This document shows, piece by piece, positions 17,874 to 26,969 of a DNA stretch of 39,512 nt; position 1 is the first letter of the stretch; each line of letters begins with the position of its first letter. The stretch is from a virus. Its lineage: Duplodnaviria; Caudoviricetes. The notes below the pieces were generated by a model that saw only the letters and a program-made list of their open reading frames with translations, was not told the DNA's origin and searched no databases. The translations under genes were made by a program, and so were the position numbers. Where the stretch lies: positions 1 to 39,512 of the IMG/VR virus record IMGVR_UViG_3300050330_000106; one strand, written 5' to 3'.

Positions 17874-19456
17874 AAATCCTCGACCAACACGGCAACCCCA
17901 TCGACACCGGCGTGCTGCGCGAGCCGCAGACCGCGCGCGTCGCGGCGCTTCAGCACGAGCTGGTGCAGTCCCAGCTCGACGGCCTCACGCCCGCGAAGGC
18001 GGCGCGCATCCTGAAGGAGGCCGACGCCGGCGACATCGTCGCGCAGCACCAGCTGTTCGACGACATGGCCGACCGCGACGCGCACCTGCGCTGCGAGTTC
18101 GACAAGCGCCGCGGCGCGGTGCTGGGGCTCGACTGGTCGATCGAGCCGCCGGCCAATGCCTCTCGTGCGGAGAAAAAGCTCGCGGCGTGGGTCGAGGAGA
18201 TCCTGCGAGACGTGGTCGACGACCTGGAAGACGTGATCCTCGCGATGATGGATGCGGTGGGCCACGGCTTCGCGCCGATCGAGATCGAGTGGGAGCGCTG
18301 GGGGACGGAGTGGCTACCGAAATTCCACCCACGGCCGCAGACGTGGTTTCAGCTCGACACGATGCGCCGCAACCTGCGCCTGAAGGACGGCAGCGGCGAC
18401 GGGGCCGAGCCGATCCCAATGGGCTGGATTCTGCACCAGCACGTGAAGGCGAAAACCGGTTACCTCGGCCGCATGGGCCTTTCCCGCGTGCTGGTCTGGC
18501 CGTTCCTCTACAAGGCGTACAGCGTCGGCGACTTCGCTGAGTTCCTCGAAACCTACGGCCTGCCGATCATCGTCGGCAAGTACCCGCAGACTGCGACGCC
18601 GGAAGAGAAGTCGAGCCTGATGCGTGCAGTAACGGCACTGGGGCACGACGCGCGGGCGATCATGCCCGAGCAGATGGCGATCGAGATCCAGAAGATCACC
18701 GGCAGCGCTTCGGGCACGCCGCATCTCGAAATGGTCGATTGGGCCGACCGGGCGCAGTCGAAGGCGATCCTCGGGCAAGTGCTATCCAGCGAGGCGAAGG
18801 CGACCGGGCTCGGCTCGGGCGTCGCCGACCTGCACGCCGAGGTGCGCCGCGACATCCTCATCGCCGACGCGCGCCAGATCGCCGGCACGCTGACGCGCGA
18901 CCTAGTCTATCCGCTGATCGCGCTGAACCAGGGCGGGCTCGACAGCTATCGCCGCTGCCCGCGCTGGGTATTCGACCTGGGCGAAGCCGAAGACCTGAAG
19001 CTCTACGCCGAGGCGCTCCCGGCGCTCGCCCAGGGCGGCGCGCGGATCCCGGTGAGCTGGGTGCACGAGAAGCTGCGCATCCCCCGGGCGGCCGAGGGCG
19101 AGGCAGTGTTTCGCGCAGCGCCGGCCGCGATGCCGAACGCCGCCGACTCAGCCCTAGCCGCGCTGACCGCCCGTTACTCCACTGCCGCGCTCTCGACCCG
19201 GCTGACGACGGGCAGCGACCGTGACCCCGCCGACCGTCTGCTGCCCGCGCTCGGCGCGCAGGCCGAAGCGCACGTTGCCGCCTGGCGCGACGATATCGAG
19301 GCGATGCTCGCGGCCGCCGGCAGCCTCGAGGAGTTCCGCGAGCAGCTGTTCGCGCGCTACGCCCACCTGCCGGCCGACGAGCTCGTCGCCGTGATGGCGA
19401 CAGCGCTGTCCGCGATCCACCTCGCCGGCCGCAGCGAGGTGCAGGATGGCCGCTGA
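17870..19456 (+). CDS. Portal protein (Mu gp29/DUF935)
   Basis: ILDQHGNPI...LREPQT...GLTPAKAARIL..A..GD...FAEFLETYGLP..VGKYP. Confidence 0.93.
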   Translation: MKILDQHGNPIDTGVLREPQTARVAALQHELVQSQLDGLTPAKAARILKEADAGDIVAQHQLFDDMADRDAHLRCEFDKRRGAVLGLDWSIEPPANASRAEKKLAAWVEEILRDVVDDLEDVILAMMDAVGHGFAPIEIEWERWGTEWLPKFHPRPQTWFQLDTMRRNLRLKDGSGDGAEPIPMGWILHQHVKAKTGYLGRMGLSRVLVWPFLYKAYSVGDFAEFLETYGLPIIVGKYPQTATPEEKSSLMRAVTALGHDARAIMPEQMAIEIQKITGSASGTPHLEMVDWADRAQSKAILGQVLSSEAKATGLGSGVADLHAEVRRDILIADARQIAGTLTRDLVYPLIALNQGGLDSYRRCPRWVFDLGEAEDLKLYAEALPALAQGGARIPVSWVHEKLRIPRAAEGEAVFRAAPAAMPNAADSALAALTARYSTAALSTRLTTGSDRDPADRLLPALGAQAEAHVAAWRDDIEAMLAAAGSLEEFREQLFARYAHLPADELVAVMATALSAIHLAGRSEVQDGR

Positions 19457-20222
19457 GGCCGCGATCGCGGCAGTGTTCGCGCTGCCGTTCGACGAGCAGA
19501 TCGCGTTCTTCCGCGACAAGCTCAACCTGCCCACCGAGGCGTGGGACGACATCTGGCAGGCCGCGCACGACCGCGCCTTCGTCGTCGCCGGCGCGATGAA
19601 GGCGGACCTGCTGCAAGATCTGCGCGAGGCGGTCGACAAGGCGATCGCCACCGGTACGACACTGGAAACCTTCCGCAAGGACTTCCGCGAGCTCGTCGCG
19701 CGGCGCGGCTGGAGCGGCTGGACGGGCGAAGGCACGAAGGCCGGCGAAGCGTGGCGCACGAAGGTCATCTACGAAACGAACCTGCGCACCAGCTACGCCG
19801 CCGGCCGCTGGGCGCAACTCACCGCCGCCGACCTGGTCGAGCACCGCCCGTACTGGCGCTACGTCCATAACGACTCGGTGCTTCACCCGCGCCCGTTCCA
19901 CAAGCGCTGGGGCGACATGCGCCTGACGCTGCCGCACGACCACCCCTTCTGGCAGACGCACTTCCCGCCGAACGGCTGGGGCTGCCGCTGCCGCGTCACG
20001 GCCGTCACCGGCCCGAAAAAGGGCGACGCCACCGAGCCGCCCGCCGGCTGGAATGCGCGCGACACCGCCGGCAACATCCCCGGCATCGACAAGGGCTGGG
20101 CCTACGCCCCCGGCGCGAGCCTCGGAGAACTGCGCGCAACGGTCGAGCAGAAGCTGCAGAAGCTCGACCCGGCCCTCGGCGCCGCGCTGTGGGCCGACGT
20201 CGGGCCGAAGCTCGGAGGCTGA
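19446..20222 (+). CDS. Head morphogenesis protein (Mu F-like)
   Basis: HDRAFVVAGA...IYETNLRTSYAAGRW...RPYWRY...FWQTHFPPNGWGCRCRV. Confidence 0.92.
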   Translation: MAAEAAIAAVFALPFDEQIAFFRDKLNLPTEAWDDIWQAAHDRAFVVAGAMKADLLQDLREAVDKAIATGTTLETFRKDFRELVARRGWSGWTGEGTKAGEAWRTKVIYETNLRTSYAAGRWAQLTAADLVEHRPYWRYVHNDSVLHPRPFHKRWGDMRLTLPHDHPFWQTHFPPNGWGCRCRVTAVTGPKKGDATEPPAGWNARDTAGNIPGIDKGWAYAPGASLGELRATVEQKLQKLDPALGAALWADVGPKLGG

Positions 20223-20224
20223 CC

Positions 20225-20758
20225 GTGTCCGACCGCATCACGATTGAGTTCGATAGCGCGCCTGTCCAGGCCGCGCTGAACCGCCTCCTTGACGCCCTCG
20301 GCCCCGCCGGCATGGCGCCCGCGATGAAGGAGGTCGGGGAAGTGCTGATGGAATCGACGAAGCAGCGCTTCGCGACCAGCACCGCGCCCGACGGCACGCG
20401 CTGGGCGCCTAACGCGCAGGCGACGTTCGAGAGCTACCTGAACCGCGACGGCAAGAACTTCCGCCAGGACGGCCGACTCGGCGCGAAGGGCGCGGCCCGC
20501 GCGATGAACAAGAAGCCGCTGGTCGATACCGGCATCCTCGCCGACACCATCGCCTGGCAGCTCGTCGACGGCGGCGCGGGCGTCGAGGTCGGCACGAACC
20601 GGTTCGCCGGCGAATGGGACGGCGGCGCAGCGGTGCATCAGTTCGGGAACAGGAAGGGCACGATCCCGGCGCGGCCGTTCCTCGGGCTGTCTGAGGCGGA
20701 TGAGGTCGAGGTGCTGGAGATCATCGAGCGGCACTTGCTCGGGGCCCTCGGGGGCTGA
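20225..20758 (+). CDS. Virion morphogenesis protein (Mu G-like)
   Basis: TKQRFATSTAPDGTRWAP...PLVDTG.L...AAVHQFG....IPARPFLGLS. Confidence 0.9.
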   Translation: MSDRITIEFDSAPVQAALNRLLDALGPAGMAPAMKEVGEVLMESTKQRFATSTAPDGTRWAPNAQATFESYLNRDGKNFRQDGRLGAKGAARAMNKKPLVDTGILADTIAWQLVDGGAGVEVGTNRFAGEWDGGAAVHQFGNRKGTIPARPFLGLSEADEVEVLEIIERHLLGALGG

Positions 20759-20873
20759 AGCGGCGCGACGCGTTTACAGGCCCGTGGCGCGACTTCATGG
20801 GGTGAGGTGAGGCGCAGGTACCACCGAGGGGGAGAAAGCCGAAAGTAACGGGGTAGTAACGCCGTTTGTCGGC

Positions 20874-20882
20874 TGTCATAAT
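20874..20882 (+). promoter_or_regulatory. Extended -10 promoter for the moron operon, possibly leaderless
   Basis: TGtCATAAT ending 7 nt before ATG 20890. No SD visible. Confidence 0.5.
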
Positions 20883-20889
20883 CGACGGC

Positions 20890-21369
20890 ATGGATGAGAA
20901 AACCCTCCGTGCGCACAAACACCGACCGAAGCGCCTTGTTGCTGCGCCCACCTTTAAGCCTCTGAAGCGGGGGCGACTACCGAAGCCGCTCCACCAGATC
21001 GGAGGCCAGCGCTTCTTCTCGACTGAGCTGCTCACCGTCGGGGACGGCTATCAATCGTGCTTCTTGTGGCGTAACGGCGCGCTGCTCGCTGACACCGCTT
21101 TTTACGGTTGGCTGTTCGAAGTGCGGGCAAACGGGCTGTATCCGTTGGCAACCCTCCACTATCATCCGAGTCACAAGCCAGTCCATCTGCTAACCCCGTG
21201 CAGACAGGAGCGCGACTTCACAAATCGGCAGTTACCCGGCGCCATCGAGTTCAACCTGTCTCACGGTCGACTCGATCCTCGCCTGGAATCCGACCGCCTG
21301 CGGCTTGTCAAAACGTTCTGTGAGCGGTGCGGGATATCCTTGGGTCCGGCTGGAGGGCTAGCGCTGTGA
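20890..21369 (+). CDS. Hypothetical protein with His cluster (moron gene 1)
   Basis: 159 aa, more A/T-rich than flanks, LHYHPSHKPVH motif, GTGA-coupled to the next gene. Confidence 0.7.
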   Translation: MDEKTLRAHKHRPKRLVAAPTFKPLKRGRLPKPLHQIGGQRFFSTELLTVGDGYQSCFLWRNGALLADTAFYGWLFEVRANGLYPLATLHYHPSHKPVHLLTPCRQERDFTNRQLPGAIEFNLSHGRLDPRLESDRLRLVKTFCERCGISLGPAGGLAL

Positions 21370-22115
21370 GTCCGAAAGAACTGCGGCAAGTAATGTGCGG
21401 GGCCTTCGAGGTTTCTGAGGAAGGTGAAGTGCTGCTCGTTCGGACGCCGTTTGGCGTCGACTTCAATGACGACCTTGTGCTGCGTGTGCGCCCTGCTAGT
21501 GGCGGATTTCGGATTGATGACAACGGAGATACGCTCCTCGCTCTTGCTCTGAACGGGGCGGCGCCCGATCCGGACCGGGTCCTCGAAGCCGCGGGCGACA
21601 TCGAGTTCGATGAGGAAGACGGGAGCTTGGTCGCGCAAGTAGGATCTCTCGCCGCTGTGGGCGAAGCAGTTTTCCGTGTTGCCGAGGCCGCTCTCCGAGT
21701 TCACGCGGCTTGCCGCCCTCGCGAGCGGATGCCTGCTTCGGACCTCAAGTCACGGGTGGTCGAACTGCTATCTCAAGTGGCTGTGGAAAGCGGCGTTTCC
21801 CTACGTCTCGACGAGGTCGTGGAGGAGGCCGGGTCGCTGACGGCGGACGCGGTGCTCGGTGAGCACGACCCGCTGATCGTCATCGCCGCGTCATCGGTCG
21901 AGCGGCTCATGGAGGCGGAACTGCTCTTCCTGCGTCGCCAGATCTCGCGTCGGCCTGGCTATGTCTGCGCTGTCGTATCATCCGCGGCGGCAATCGGACG
22001 CAAGCATTTCGCCCGCGCAAACTACTACACCGACAAGGCTGTTGAGTTTGACGGCTGGACCGACGCATTTCGCGAGTTTGCGGAGCAGCGGATGGCAGTG
22101 CAGACGATGCACTGA
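21366..22115 (+). CDS. DUF1828-like domain protein (moron gene 2)
   Basis: VRTPFGVDFNDDLVLRVRP..GGFRIDDNGDTL..LALNG matches the DUF1828 pattern. The C-terminal alpha/beta domain (ADAVL...PLIV) could be a degenerate PD-(D/E)xK fold. Confidence 0.7.
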   Translation: MSPKELRQVMCGAFEVSEEGEVLLVRTPFGVDFNDDLVLRVRPASGGFRIDDNGDTLLALALNGAAPDPDRVLEAAGDIEFDEEDGSLVAQVGSLAAVGEAVFRVAEAALRVHAACRPRERMPASDLKSRVVELLSQVAVESGVSLRLDEVVEEAGSLTADAVLGEHDPLIVIAASSVERLMEAELLFLRRQISRRPGYVCAVVSSAAAIGRKHFARANYYTDKAVEFDGWTDAFREFAEQRMAVQTMH

Positions 22116-22127
22116 GCGGCACTCTCC

Positions 22128-22170
22128 GAACCCCTTCCCCTCCCTAGCCCCACCCCCCGCCGCCGATCAT
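22128..22170 (+). promoter_or_regulatory. Late promoter 2 (head operon)
   Basis: GAACCCCTTCCCCTCC, with GATCAT 37 nt downstream. ATG at 22178. Confidence 0.65.
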
Positions 22171-22177
22171 CGGCGGC

Positions 22178-23212
22178 ATGGCTACCCGCACCGCTTCCCT
22201 GACCGTCCTACTGCCCGCCGCCGGCGCTGAGATTCAGCTCCTGCCCGCGGGCGTGTTCCGTTCCGCCGACGGCTCGGGCCGCCCGGCCGGAATCTCCGGC
22301 TGGAAGCTCGACGCCCTGACCGCTGCCCGCGTCATCCAGGCTGCGGCCGCGCGCACGACGCCGTTCGTCGTCGACTACGAGCACCAGACCCTGCTAGCCG
22401 AAAAGAACGGCCAGCCCGCGCCCGCCGCCGGCTGGTTCCACGGCGCGAACCTCGAATGGCGCGAAGGCCGAGGGCTGTACGCCACCGAGGTCGAATGGAC
22501 CGAGCGCGCCCGCAACATGATCGGCGACGGCGAGTACCGCTATCTGTCGCCGGTGTTCGCCTTCGACGACAAGACCGGCGAGGTCCAGGCGCTGCGCATG
22601 GCCGCGCTGACGAACAACCCGGGGCTCGACGGCATGAGCGCCGTCGCCCTGTCCGCACTTTTCCACCACCCCTCAGAAGAGGAGAACCCCGTGAACGAGA
22701 TGCTCAAGAAGCTGCTCGCCGCGCTGGGTCTGCCCGAGGACGCGAGCGAGGAGACGGCCGTCAGCGCCGTTGCCGAGCTCAAGTCCAAGGCGGACAAGGC
22801 CGGCGAGGCGCAAGCCGAAGTGGCTGCCCTCAAGGCGCAGGCCCCGGCCCCGGCCAAACCCGACCCCGCGAAGTTCGTGCCGATCGAGACGATGCAGCAA
22901 CTGCAGACGCAGGTCGCGGCGCTCACCGCGCGTATGACCGAAGGCGAAGTCGCCGACGTCGTCGAAGGCGCGCTCGCCGCCGGGAAGCTGCTGCCGGCTC
23001 AGAAGACGTGGGCCGAAGAGCTCGGCAAGAACAACCTCGCCGCGCTGAAGGCGTACGTCGAGACCGCGCCGCAGGTAGCCGCATTGAAGGGCATGCAGTC
23101 GCAGGGCAAGCAGCCCGGCGGCGCGACGCAATCGAACGGCGATGAAGCGCTCGCGGTGATGAAGGCGCTGGACCTCTCCGCCGACGAATTCGCCAAGGGC
23201 AAGCAGGAGTAA
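22178..23212 (+). CDS. Prohead protease/scaffold (Mu I/Z-like)
   Basis: IQLLPAG.F...DG.GRP...VVDYEHQTL...APAAGW...VEWT.RA...I..GEYRYLSPVF...ALTNNPGLDGM. Confidence 0.93.
   Translation: MATRTASLTVLLPAAGAEIQLLPAGVFRSADGSGRPAGISGWKLDALTAARVIQAAAARTTPFVVDYEHQTLLAEKNGQPAPAAGWFHGANLEWREGRGLYATEVEWTERARNMIGDGEYRYLSPVFAFDDKTGEVQALRMAALTNNPGLDGMSAVALSALFHHPSEEENPVNEMLKKLLAALGLPEDASEETAVSAVAELKSKADKAGEAQAEVAALKAQAPAPAKPDPAKFVPIETMQQLQTQVAALTARMTEGEVADVVEGALAAGKLLPAQKTWAEELGKNNLAALKAYVETAPQVAALKGMQSQGKQPGGATQSNGDEALAVMKALDLSADEFAKGKQE
22691..23212 (+). CDS. Internal in-frame scaffold protein (Mu Z-like)
   Basis: GAGGAG SD at good spacing before in-frame GTG 22691. Helical Ala-rich product. Confidence 0.6.
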   Translation: MNEMLKKLLAALGLPEDASEETAVSAVAELKSKADKAGEAQAEVAALKAQAPAPAKPDPAKFVPIETMQQLQTQVAALTARMTEGEVADVVEGALAAGKLLPAQKTWAEELGKNNLAALKAYVETAPQVAALKGMQSQGKQPGGATQSNGDEALAVMKALDLSADEFAKGKQE

Positions 23213-23218
23213 CCGACG

Positions 23219-23626
23219 ATGGCACTCGCTCAACCTCGCAACACCCCCTCGCGCTCCGGCGAGGTGTTCGGCTTCCCGGTCGCCGCCTCGACGACGATCT
23301 ACCAGGGCTCGCTGGTCGTACTCGACGCCGGCTATGCCGTGCCCGGCGCGACCGATACCGGCCTCGTCGCCGTCGGCCGCGCCGAAGAGACGGTGACCGC
23401 CGTCTCCGCCGGCGACGCCGCCGTGCGCGTGCGCCGCGGCATCTTCAAGTTCGCGAACTCGGCCGACACCGATGCCATCGCCCAGGCCGACGTCGGCGCC
23501 GACTGCTACATCGTCGATGACCAGACGGTGGCGAAGACCAGCGGCACGAACACCCGCAGCCGCGCCGGCCAGATCGTCGCCGTCGATGCCGACGGCGTGT
23601 GGGTGCAGATCGGCCTCGGCCTGTAA
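23219..23626 (+). CDS. Head decoration/cement-like protein
   Basis: PVAASTTIYQGSLV...AVG.AEE...DVG..CYIVDDQTV...AG.IV.VD.DGVWV. Lies between scaffold and capsid. Confidence 0.75.
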   Translation: MALAQPRNTPSRSGEVFGFPVAASTTIYQGSLVVLDAGYAVPGATDTGLVAVGRAEETVTAVSAGDAAVRVRRGIFKFANSADTDAIAQADVGADCYIVDDQTVAKTSGTNTRSRAGQIVAVDADGVWVQIGLGL

Positions 23627-23653
23627 CGCTTTTCCCTTTCGGAGCCCTCGCAC

Positions 23654-24670
23654 ATGAAACTGCAATCCCGCCTGACCCTCGTGTGGGTCGCCTCGCTGGT
23701 CGTCGTCGCGCTCGCGCTCGCGTTCGGCCTCAGCCCCTCCCCCGCAGAGAGCGCCGTGCTCGTCGGCTTCGGCGGCATGCTGGTGACGCCGCAGTCGCTC
23801 GCCGCACTCGCCCAGGGCTTCAACGCCGCGTTCCTGCGCGGCTTCGAGTCCGTGCCGTCGACGTATCAGCAGGTCGCGATGGTCATCCCGTCCACGTCCG
23901 ACGCCGAGAACTACGGCTGGATGAAGGACATCCCGGGCATGCGCGAATGGGTCGGCCAGCGCGTCATCAACAACCTCGAAGCCTCGACCGCGCAGCTCAA
24001 GAACAAGACGTGGGAGCACGCGATCGGCGTGAATCGCGACAACATCGAGGACGACAAGCTCGGCATCTACAGCAACCTCTTCGCGATGCAGGGCGAGATC
24101 GTCGCGCGTCACCCCGACGACCTGGTGTGGGGCCTACTGCCCGACGGCTTCACCACGAAGGGCTTCGACGGCCAGTACTTCTTCGACGCCGACCACGTCA
24201 GCCACGATCGCGACGGCAAGGAGACGAGCTGGAGCAACACCGGCGGCGGCTCGGGCGCCCCGTGGTTCCTGATGGATCTCGGCCGCGCGTACATGAAGCC
24301 GCTGATCTTCCAGAACCGCCGCAAGGCTGCCTTCCGCCCGCCGAAGATCGACGACGAGTCGGTGCAGAAAGAGAACACGTACATCTACGCCGCCGACGCG
24401 CGCTACAACGCCGGCTTCGGCTTCCACCAGCTCGCGTACGGCGCGAAGGTCGCGCTCGATGCAACCGCGTACGAAGCGGCCCGCGTGAAGCTCGCCGGCC
24501 AGTTCCGCCCGGACGGCTCGCCGCTCGGCGTGACCGGCACGCATCTCGTCGTTGGTCCCAGCAACGAGGCGAAGGCGCGCGAGCTCCTCGAAGCCGACCG
24601 CAACGCCAGCGGCGCGACGAACGTCTGGCGCGGCACGGCGAAGCTGATCGTGTCGCCCTGGCTGGCGTAA
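23654..24670 (+). CDS. Major capsid protein (Mu T-like) with hydrophobic N-terminal extension
   Basis: gpT-like region starts at M42 (MLVTPQSLAAL...YGWM..IPGMREWVG.R...IEDD.LGIY...FDGQYFFDADH). The SD (GGAG) precedes M1, not M42. Confidence 0.92.
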   Translation: MKLQSRLTLVWVASLVVVALALAFGLSPSPAESAVLVGFGGMLVTPQSLAALAQGFNAAFLRGFESVPSTYQQVAMVIPSTSDAENYGWMKDIPGMREWVGQRVINNLEASTAQLKNKTWEHAIGVNRDNIEDDKLGIYSNLFAMQGEIVARHPDDLVWGLLPDGFTTKGFDGQYFFDADHVSHDRDGKETSWSNTGGGSGAPWFLMDLGRAYMKPLIFQNRRKAAFRPPKIDDESVQKENTYIYAADARYNAGFGFHQLAYGAKVALDATAYEAARVKLAGQFRPDGSPLGVTGTHLVVGPSNEAKARELLEADRNASGATNVWRGTAKLIVSPWLA

Positions 24671-24673
24671 GCC

Positions 24674-25228
24674 ATGAAGGCGAAAGCAACCCAAGCCGGC
24701 CGACTTCGCGGGCCGGGCGCAGCCGGGGGCGCGGACCCCGGCACCCCGAATACAACCGCAGCCGAGAAGGCAGACGATGCGGTCGTGTCGACGGACGGGG
24801 CGGCGGCTGGCCCTGTCGCCCCCACGTCTCACGGTCCGTCCGCCGCCCAGCCGCTTATGACCGGGAATCCTCCCCCGGAGGGGGGCGGAGTCGCTGCGCT
24901 GGAAGGTGACCTGCTGCCGGGGGCGGAGAAAGTGGCCCCGGACTGGCTTGGCATCGCGGAGGCTGGGGAACGGGCGTCGATCGCCGGCACGGTTGAGCAA
25001 TTCGCGGGCGAGCCGGGACAGGGCGTCCCGATCGCGTCCTACGTCACCCACCTGCGCGTCACCTCGCGCTCGCCGGACGGCTTCCGCCGCTGCGGTCGGC
25101 GGTGGGGGCCGCAAGCGGTCGAGGTTCGATCCGACGAGTTCAGCGACGACGAGATCCTGCAGCTCTTCGCCGAGCCGGAATTGATCGTGCTGGCCGTTAC
25201 CGGCGGCATGCCGGCAGGCGACGAGTAA
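24674..25228 (+). CDS. Mu gp35/HI1506-like protein with long low-complexity N-terminus
   Basis: C-terminal LRVTSRSPDGFRRCGRRW...L.AEP.L.V motif. Confidence 0.7.
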   Translation: MKAKATQAGRLRGPGAAGGADPGTPNTTAAEKADDAVVSTDGAAAGPVAPTSHGPSAAQPLMTGNPPPEGGGVAALEGDLLPGAEKVAPDWLGIAEAGERASIAGTVEQFAGEPGQGVPIASYVTHLRVTSRSPDGFRRCGRRWGPQAVEVRSDEFSDDEILQLFAEPELIVLAVTGGMPAGDE

Positions 25229-25232
25229 CGCG

Positions 25233-25655
25233 ATGGCCTACGCCACCGTCACCGACCTGGTCGCGCGTTTCGGCGAGGACGAGCTGATCGACCTCACCGA
25301 CCGCGACGAGCCGCGGACCGGCGCCGTCGTCGAGGCGGTCGCCCAGGCGGCGATCGCCGACGCGGCCGGCGAGATCGACGCGTACCTCGGCGTGCGCTAC
25401 GCGCTGCCGGTCGTGCCAGTGCCCGCGCACCTGGTCACCGTCGCCTGTGACGTCGCGCGCTACCGCCTGCACGGGGTGCGCGTGACCGAGGAGGTGCGCA
25501 CGCGCTACGAGGACGCGCTGCGCTGGCTGAAGGACGTCGCCGCCGGGCGCGCGCTATTGCCAGGCGCCGCGGCCGCGAGCAACGGCACGGCGGGCGCAGC
25601 GCTCGCCGAAGTCATTCAACCGGGCCGCAAGGTGTTCGGGGGAGGCTTCGCGTGA
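25233..25655 (+). CDS. Head-tail adaptor (Mu gp36/DUF1320)
   Basis: MAYAT..DL..RFGE.EL..LTDR...AIADA..EIDAYL..RY.LP...CDVARY.L...RYEDA.RWL. Confidence 0.92.
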   Translation: MAYATVTDLVARFGEDELIDLTDRDEPRTGAVVEAVAQAAIADAAGEIDAYLGVRYALPVVPVPAHLVTVACDVARYRLHGVRVTEEVRTRYEDALRWLKDVAAGRALLPGAAAASNGTAGAALAEVIQPGRKVFGGGFA

Positions 25656-26104
25656 CGTCGCCGATCGACTTCCTCGGCCTCGAACCGCTGATCCTCGCGC
25701 GGCTGAAGGCGACCGTGCCCGCGGCCCGCTCGGTGCTCGCGGCCGAAGATCTCGCGGACGTCGAGGCCCGGAGCCAGACCGCGCCAGCGTTGCACGTAAT
25801 CTACGGCGGTTACCGCGTCATCGAGGCATCCGAGAACGGCCGCACCGCCTCGACCGAGCAGACGTGGATCGTCGTCGCGGTCGTCAAGGGCGCGAGCCAG
25901 CGCGGCGACGGGCCGGCGGCGTTGCGCGCTTCCGCGGCCGAGCTCGTCGGGCCGGCGCTGACCGCGCTGATGGGCTGGCGCCCGATCGATCGCATGCGCC
26001 CGCTCAAACTCGCGAACGGCCCACGTCCGGTGTTTTCCGGCGGGTTCGCCTATTTCCCCCTGACCTTCGCCGCCCAGGTGCCGGTGCAGGTCGAAAAGCT
26101 TTGA
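25652..26104 (+). CDS. Tail terminator-like protein (gp37-like)
   Basis: Position after gp36. PALHVIYGG...QTW.VV.VV...L.GW.P...YFPL.F. Confidence 0.75.
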   Translation: MTSPIDFLGLEPLILARLKATVPAARSVLAAEDLADVEARSQTAPALHVIYGGYRVIEASENGRTASTEQTWIVVAVVKGASQRGDGPAALRASAAELVGPALTALMGWRPIDRMRPLKLANGPRPVFSGGFAYFPLTFAAQVPVQVEKL

Positions 26105-26120
26105 AGAGGAGCAACACACA

Positions 26121-26888
26121 ATGAGCACGGCACGTGGATTTCTCGGCGAGGGCGACGTCCTCTTCGACGTCTGGGACGACGACACGCAGTCCTGGTGGAA
26201 CAGCTGGAAGCCGATGGGCGAATCGTCGAAGTTCGCGATCGGCGCGCAGTCCGACCTGAAGGAAAAGGAATCGCGCGGCCGCGGCACGCGCGGGCAGATC
26301 ATCGCGTCGGTCGCGCTGCTGAAGTCGCCCGAGATCGAGGTCGTCCTCGACGAGGTGAACGCGGACAACATCAAGCTCGCGTTCATGGGCACGCAGGCGG
26401 CTCTCGTGCAGGGTAGCGGTTCGATCGCCGACCAGGCGATCACCGCGAAGCTCGGCCACTGGATCCCGCTCGGCAAGCGCAACTTCGCGACAGAGGCTTT
26501 CACGGTCAAGAGCAGCGACGGCGTCACGACCTACACGAACGGCACCGACTACGAGGTCAATTACCGCCTCGGCATGGTCCGTCCGCTCGCCGGCGGCCAG
26601 ATCGCCGACGCGGCGAGCCTGAAAGTCTCCGGCGCCTACAACGCGGTGTCGGGCTCGACGGTTAAGGGCGCGACGAAGGCGCAGCTGCGCTGCCGGCTGC
26701 TGCTCGACGGGCGCAACCTCGTCGACGGCTCGGACGCCGAGTGCGAAGTCTTCGAGGCGGTGCTCGCGCCCGAAGGCGAGTTCGACTTCAAGGCCGAGGA
26801 CTTCGGCCAGATCACGCTGAAGGGCAAGACCGTGACGCCGACCGGCAAGACGAGCCCGTTCGAAGTGCGCTTCCCCGAGCTGACCTGA
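26121..26888 (+). CDS. Major tail (tube) protein
   Basis: GAGGAG RBS, beta-rich with Ig-like insert (GTDYEVNYRLGMV), position before the tape measure. Confidence 0.8.
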   Translation: MSTARGFLGEGDVLFDVWDDDTQSWWNSWKPMGESSKFAIGAQSDLKEKESRGRGTRGQIIASVALLKSPEIEVVLDEVNADNIKLAFMGTQAALVQGSGSIADQAITAKLGHWIPLGKRNFATEAFTVKSSDGVTTYTNGTDYEVNYRLGMVRPLAGGQIADAASLKVSGAYNAVSGSTVKGATKAQLRCRLLLDGRNLVDGSDAECEVFEAVLAPEGEFDFKAEDFGQITLKGKTVTPTGKTSPFEVRFPELT

Positions 26889-26905
26889 CGCCAGACGCCA
26901 GATCA

Positions 26906-26926
26906 AAGCCCGCCGCCGGCGGGCTT
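26906..26926. terminator. Hairpin after major tail gene
   Basis: AAGCCCGCC-gcc-GGCGGGCTT. U-tract is weak. Confidence 0.45.
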
Positions 26927-26969
26927 GAGTCTGTCGCCTGATCACCCCGCCTGAATCCACCCGGCCCCG

